DNA from: an uncultured Peptoniphilus sp.
GTDB lineage: Bacteria; Bacillota; Clostridia; Tissierellales; Peptoniphilaceae
Direction: 5' to 3'
NCBI GenBank assembly: GCA_943913915.1
Contig: CALUAA010000004.1
Location: 42,543-66,542, forward strand
Length of the DNA stretch: 24,000 nt
Shown piece after piece: positions 23,135 through 24,000 of this stretch. Under the pieces are notes generated by a model. That model had not been told where the DNA came from and ran no database searches. It saw only the letters and a list, made by a program, of their open reading frames with translations. The first letter of the stretch is position 1; each line of letters starts with the position of its first letter. The position numbers and the translations under genes were made by a program.

Positions 23135-24000
23135 ATGGTAATAGGAAAAATAGTAGGCGGCTTGCTGATCTTTTTAATCATCGTCGCTCTTTTCATTATC
23201 CTCACCATGGTTCCCGTAGGACTATGGGTGACGGCGTTTTTCTCAGGCGTTAAAGTTCGCCTGAGCGATCTTATTGGTATGCGACTGCGCCGGGTAAAGC
23301 CTCGCCGCATAGTAAGCCCTATGATTAAGGCGACCAAGGCGGGAATGGATTTAAATATCGGTGCGTTGGAGGGCCACTCCCTTGCAGGAGGTAATGTGGA
23401 CGCCGTCGTCGACGCTTTGATCGCCGCGCAACGGGCGGATATCGAACTGAATTTTGAAGAAGCTGCCGCCATCGACTTGGCGGGCCGTGACGTTCTCGAA
23501 GCGGTGCAAGTCAGTGTCAATCCGAAGGTGATTGAGACGCCGAAAATTTCCGCCGTGGCACAAGACGGGATCGAAGTTCTCGTTATTGCAAAAGTAACTG
23601 TCAGAGCGAACATCGATCGCCTTGTCGGCGGTGCCGGGGAAGAAACGATCATTGCAAGAGTCGGCGAAGGTATCGTCACCACCGTCGGTTCTTCGAGTAC
23701 CTATAAAGAGGTACTTGAAAACCCGGATAATATTTCCAGAGTGGTACTGGAAAAAGGATTGGACTCCGGCACGGCCTACGAAATTCTCTCTATCGACATT
23801 GCCGATGTGGATGTGGCACGTAATATCGGCGCGAGACTGCAAACCGATCAGGCGGAAGCGGACAAGCGCATTGCGGAAGCCAAAGCCAGCGAGCGCCGCT
23901 CCATGGCTATCGCAAGAGAACAGGAAATGCGCGCGGAAGTGGAAGCCATGCGCGCTCGCGTTGTAGAAGCACAATCGGAGGTTCCCAAGGCATTGGCAGA
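23135..24000 (+). CDS. floA: Flotillin-like protein FloA (SPFH domain, YqfA/UPF0365), 5' part; runs off the window end and is absent from the ORF track
   Basis: ATG 23135 is 8 nt after AAGGAGGA. The frame is open to position 24000. Its translation is [70 protein letters not shown]...[39 protein letters not shown]...[31 protein letters not shown]...[11 protein letters not shown]...[17 protein letters not shown]. This matches FloA nearly motif for motif. Confidence 0.93.
   Translation, partial: MVIGKIVGGLLIFLIIVALFIILTMVPVGLWVTAFFSGVKVRLSDLIGMRLRRVKPRRIVSPMIKATKAGMDLNIGALEGHSLAGGNVDAVVDALIAAQRADIELNFEEAAAIDLAGRDVLEAVQVSVNPKVIETPKISAVAQDGIEVLVIAKVTVRANIDRLVGGAGEETIIARVGEGIVTTVGSSSTYKEVLENPDNISRVVLEKGLDSGTAYEILSIDIADVDVARNIGARLQTDQAEADKRIAEAKASERRSMAIAREQEMRAEVEAMRARVVEAQSEVPKALA

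Noticed and set aside
23128-23974. Long minus-strand ORFs (184 aa and 207 aa) and a + strand off-frame ORF (23622..23966) near the 3' end
   Set aside because: The frame starting at 23135 encodes an excellent FloA match and is open to the window edge. These ORFs are shadows of that Ala/Arg/Glu-rich gene. The track lacks floA only because no stop codon falls inside the window.
1-24000. Scan for CRISPR repeats, tRNA/rRNA, IS inverted repeats, integrases, a prophage or an obvious compositional island
   Set aside because: I saw no spaced direct repeats, cloverleaf-like segments, transposase or integrase motifs, or long non-coding stretches. Intergenic gaps are all 160 nt or shorter and are explained by promoters and terminators. 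Base composition looks similar across the window by eye, but it was not computed.

Overview
This is a densely coding, mostly + strand window from a Bacillota (Firmicutes) chromosome. From about 6.2 kb to the end it is an ordinary core-genome block. Its gene order matches the well-known Bacillus subtilis comE-yqe region: comEC, holA, rpsT (-), lepB, lepA, hemW, a CIRCE-controlled hrcA-grpE-dnaK unit, then dnaJ-prmA-rsmE-mtaB-HIT joined by overlapping stop/start codons, then rpsU, yqeY, nfeD and floA. Two real genes are missing from the supplied ORF track and were read directly from the sequence. They are rpsU (59 aa, just under the apparent 60-aa cutoff, since the track lists nothing shorter) and floA (open to the 3' window edge). 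Several track starts were moved to internal ATGs with proper Shine-Dalgarno spacing (hrcA, dnaJ, HIT, nfeD). Only the first ~6 kb looks accessory. It holds a translationally coupled pair of YhgE/Pip-family membrane proteins with long helical ectodomains that I could not align to each other. Converging on them is an AlaX-L-like (alanyl-tRNA editing family) protein in which all four canonical zinc-ligand positions appear substituted. I found no CRISPR array, tRNA or rRNA, transposase or integrase, toxin-antitoxin pair or recognisable defence gene. I cannot support a claim of a novel multi-gene system here. The items most worth a second look are the degenerate AlaX-like protein, the YhgE/Pip pair and the dual CIRCE operator. 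All family assignments rest on motif recognition by eye, because no database search was possible.
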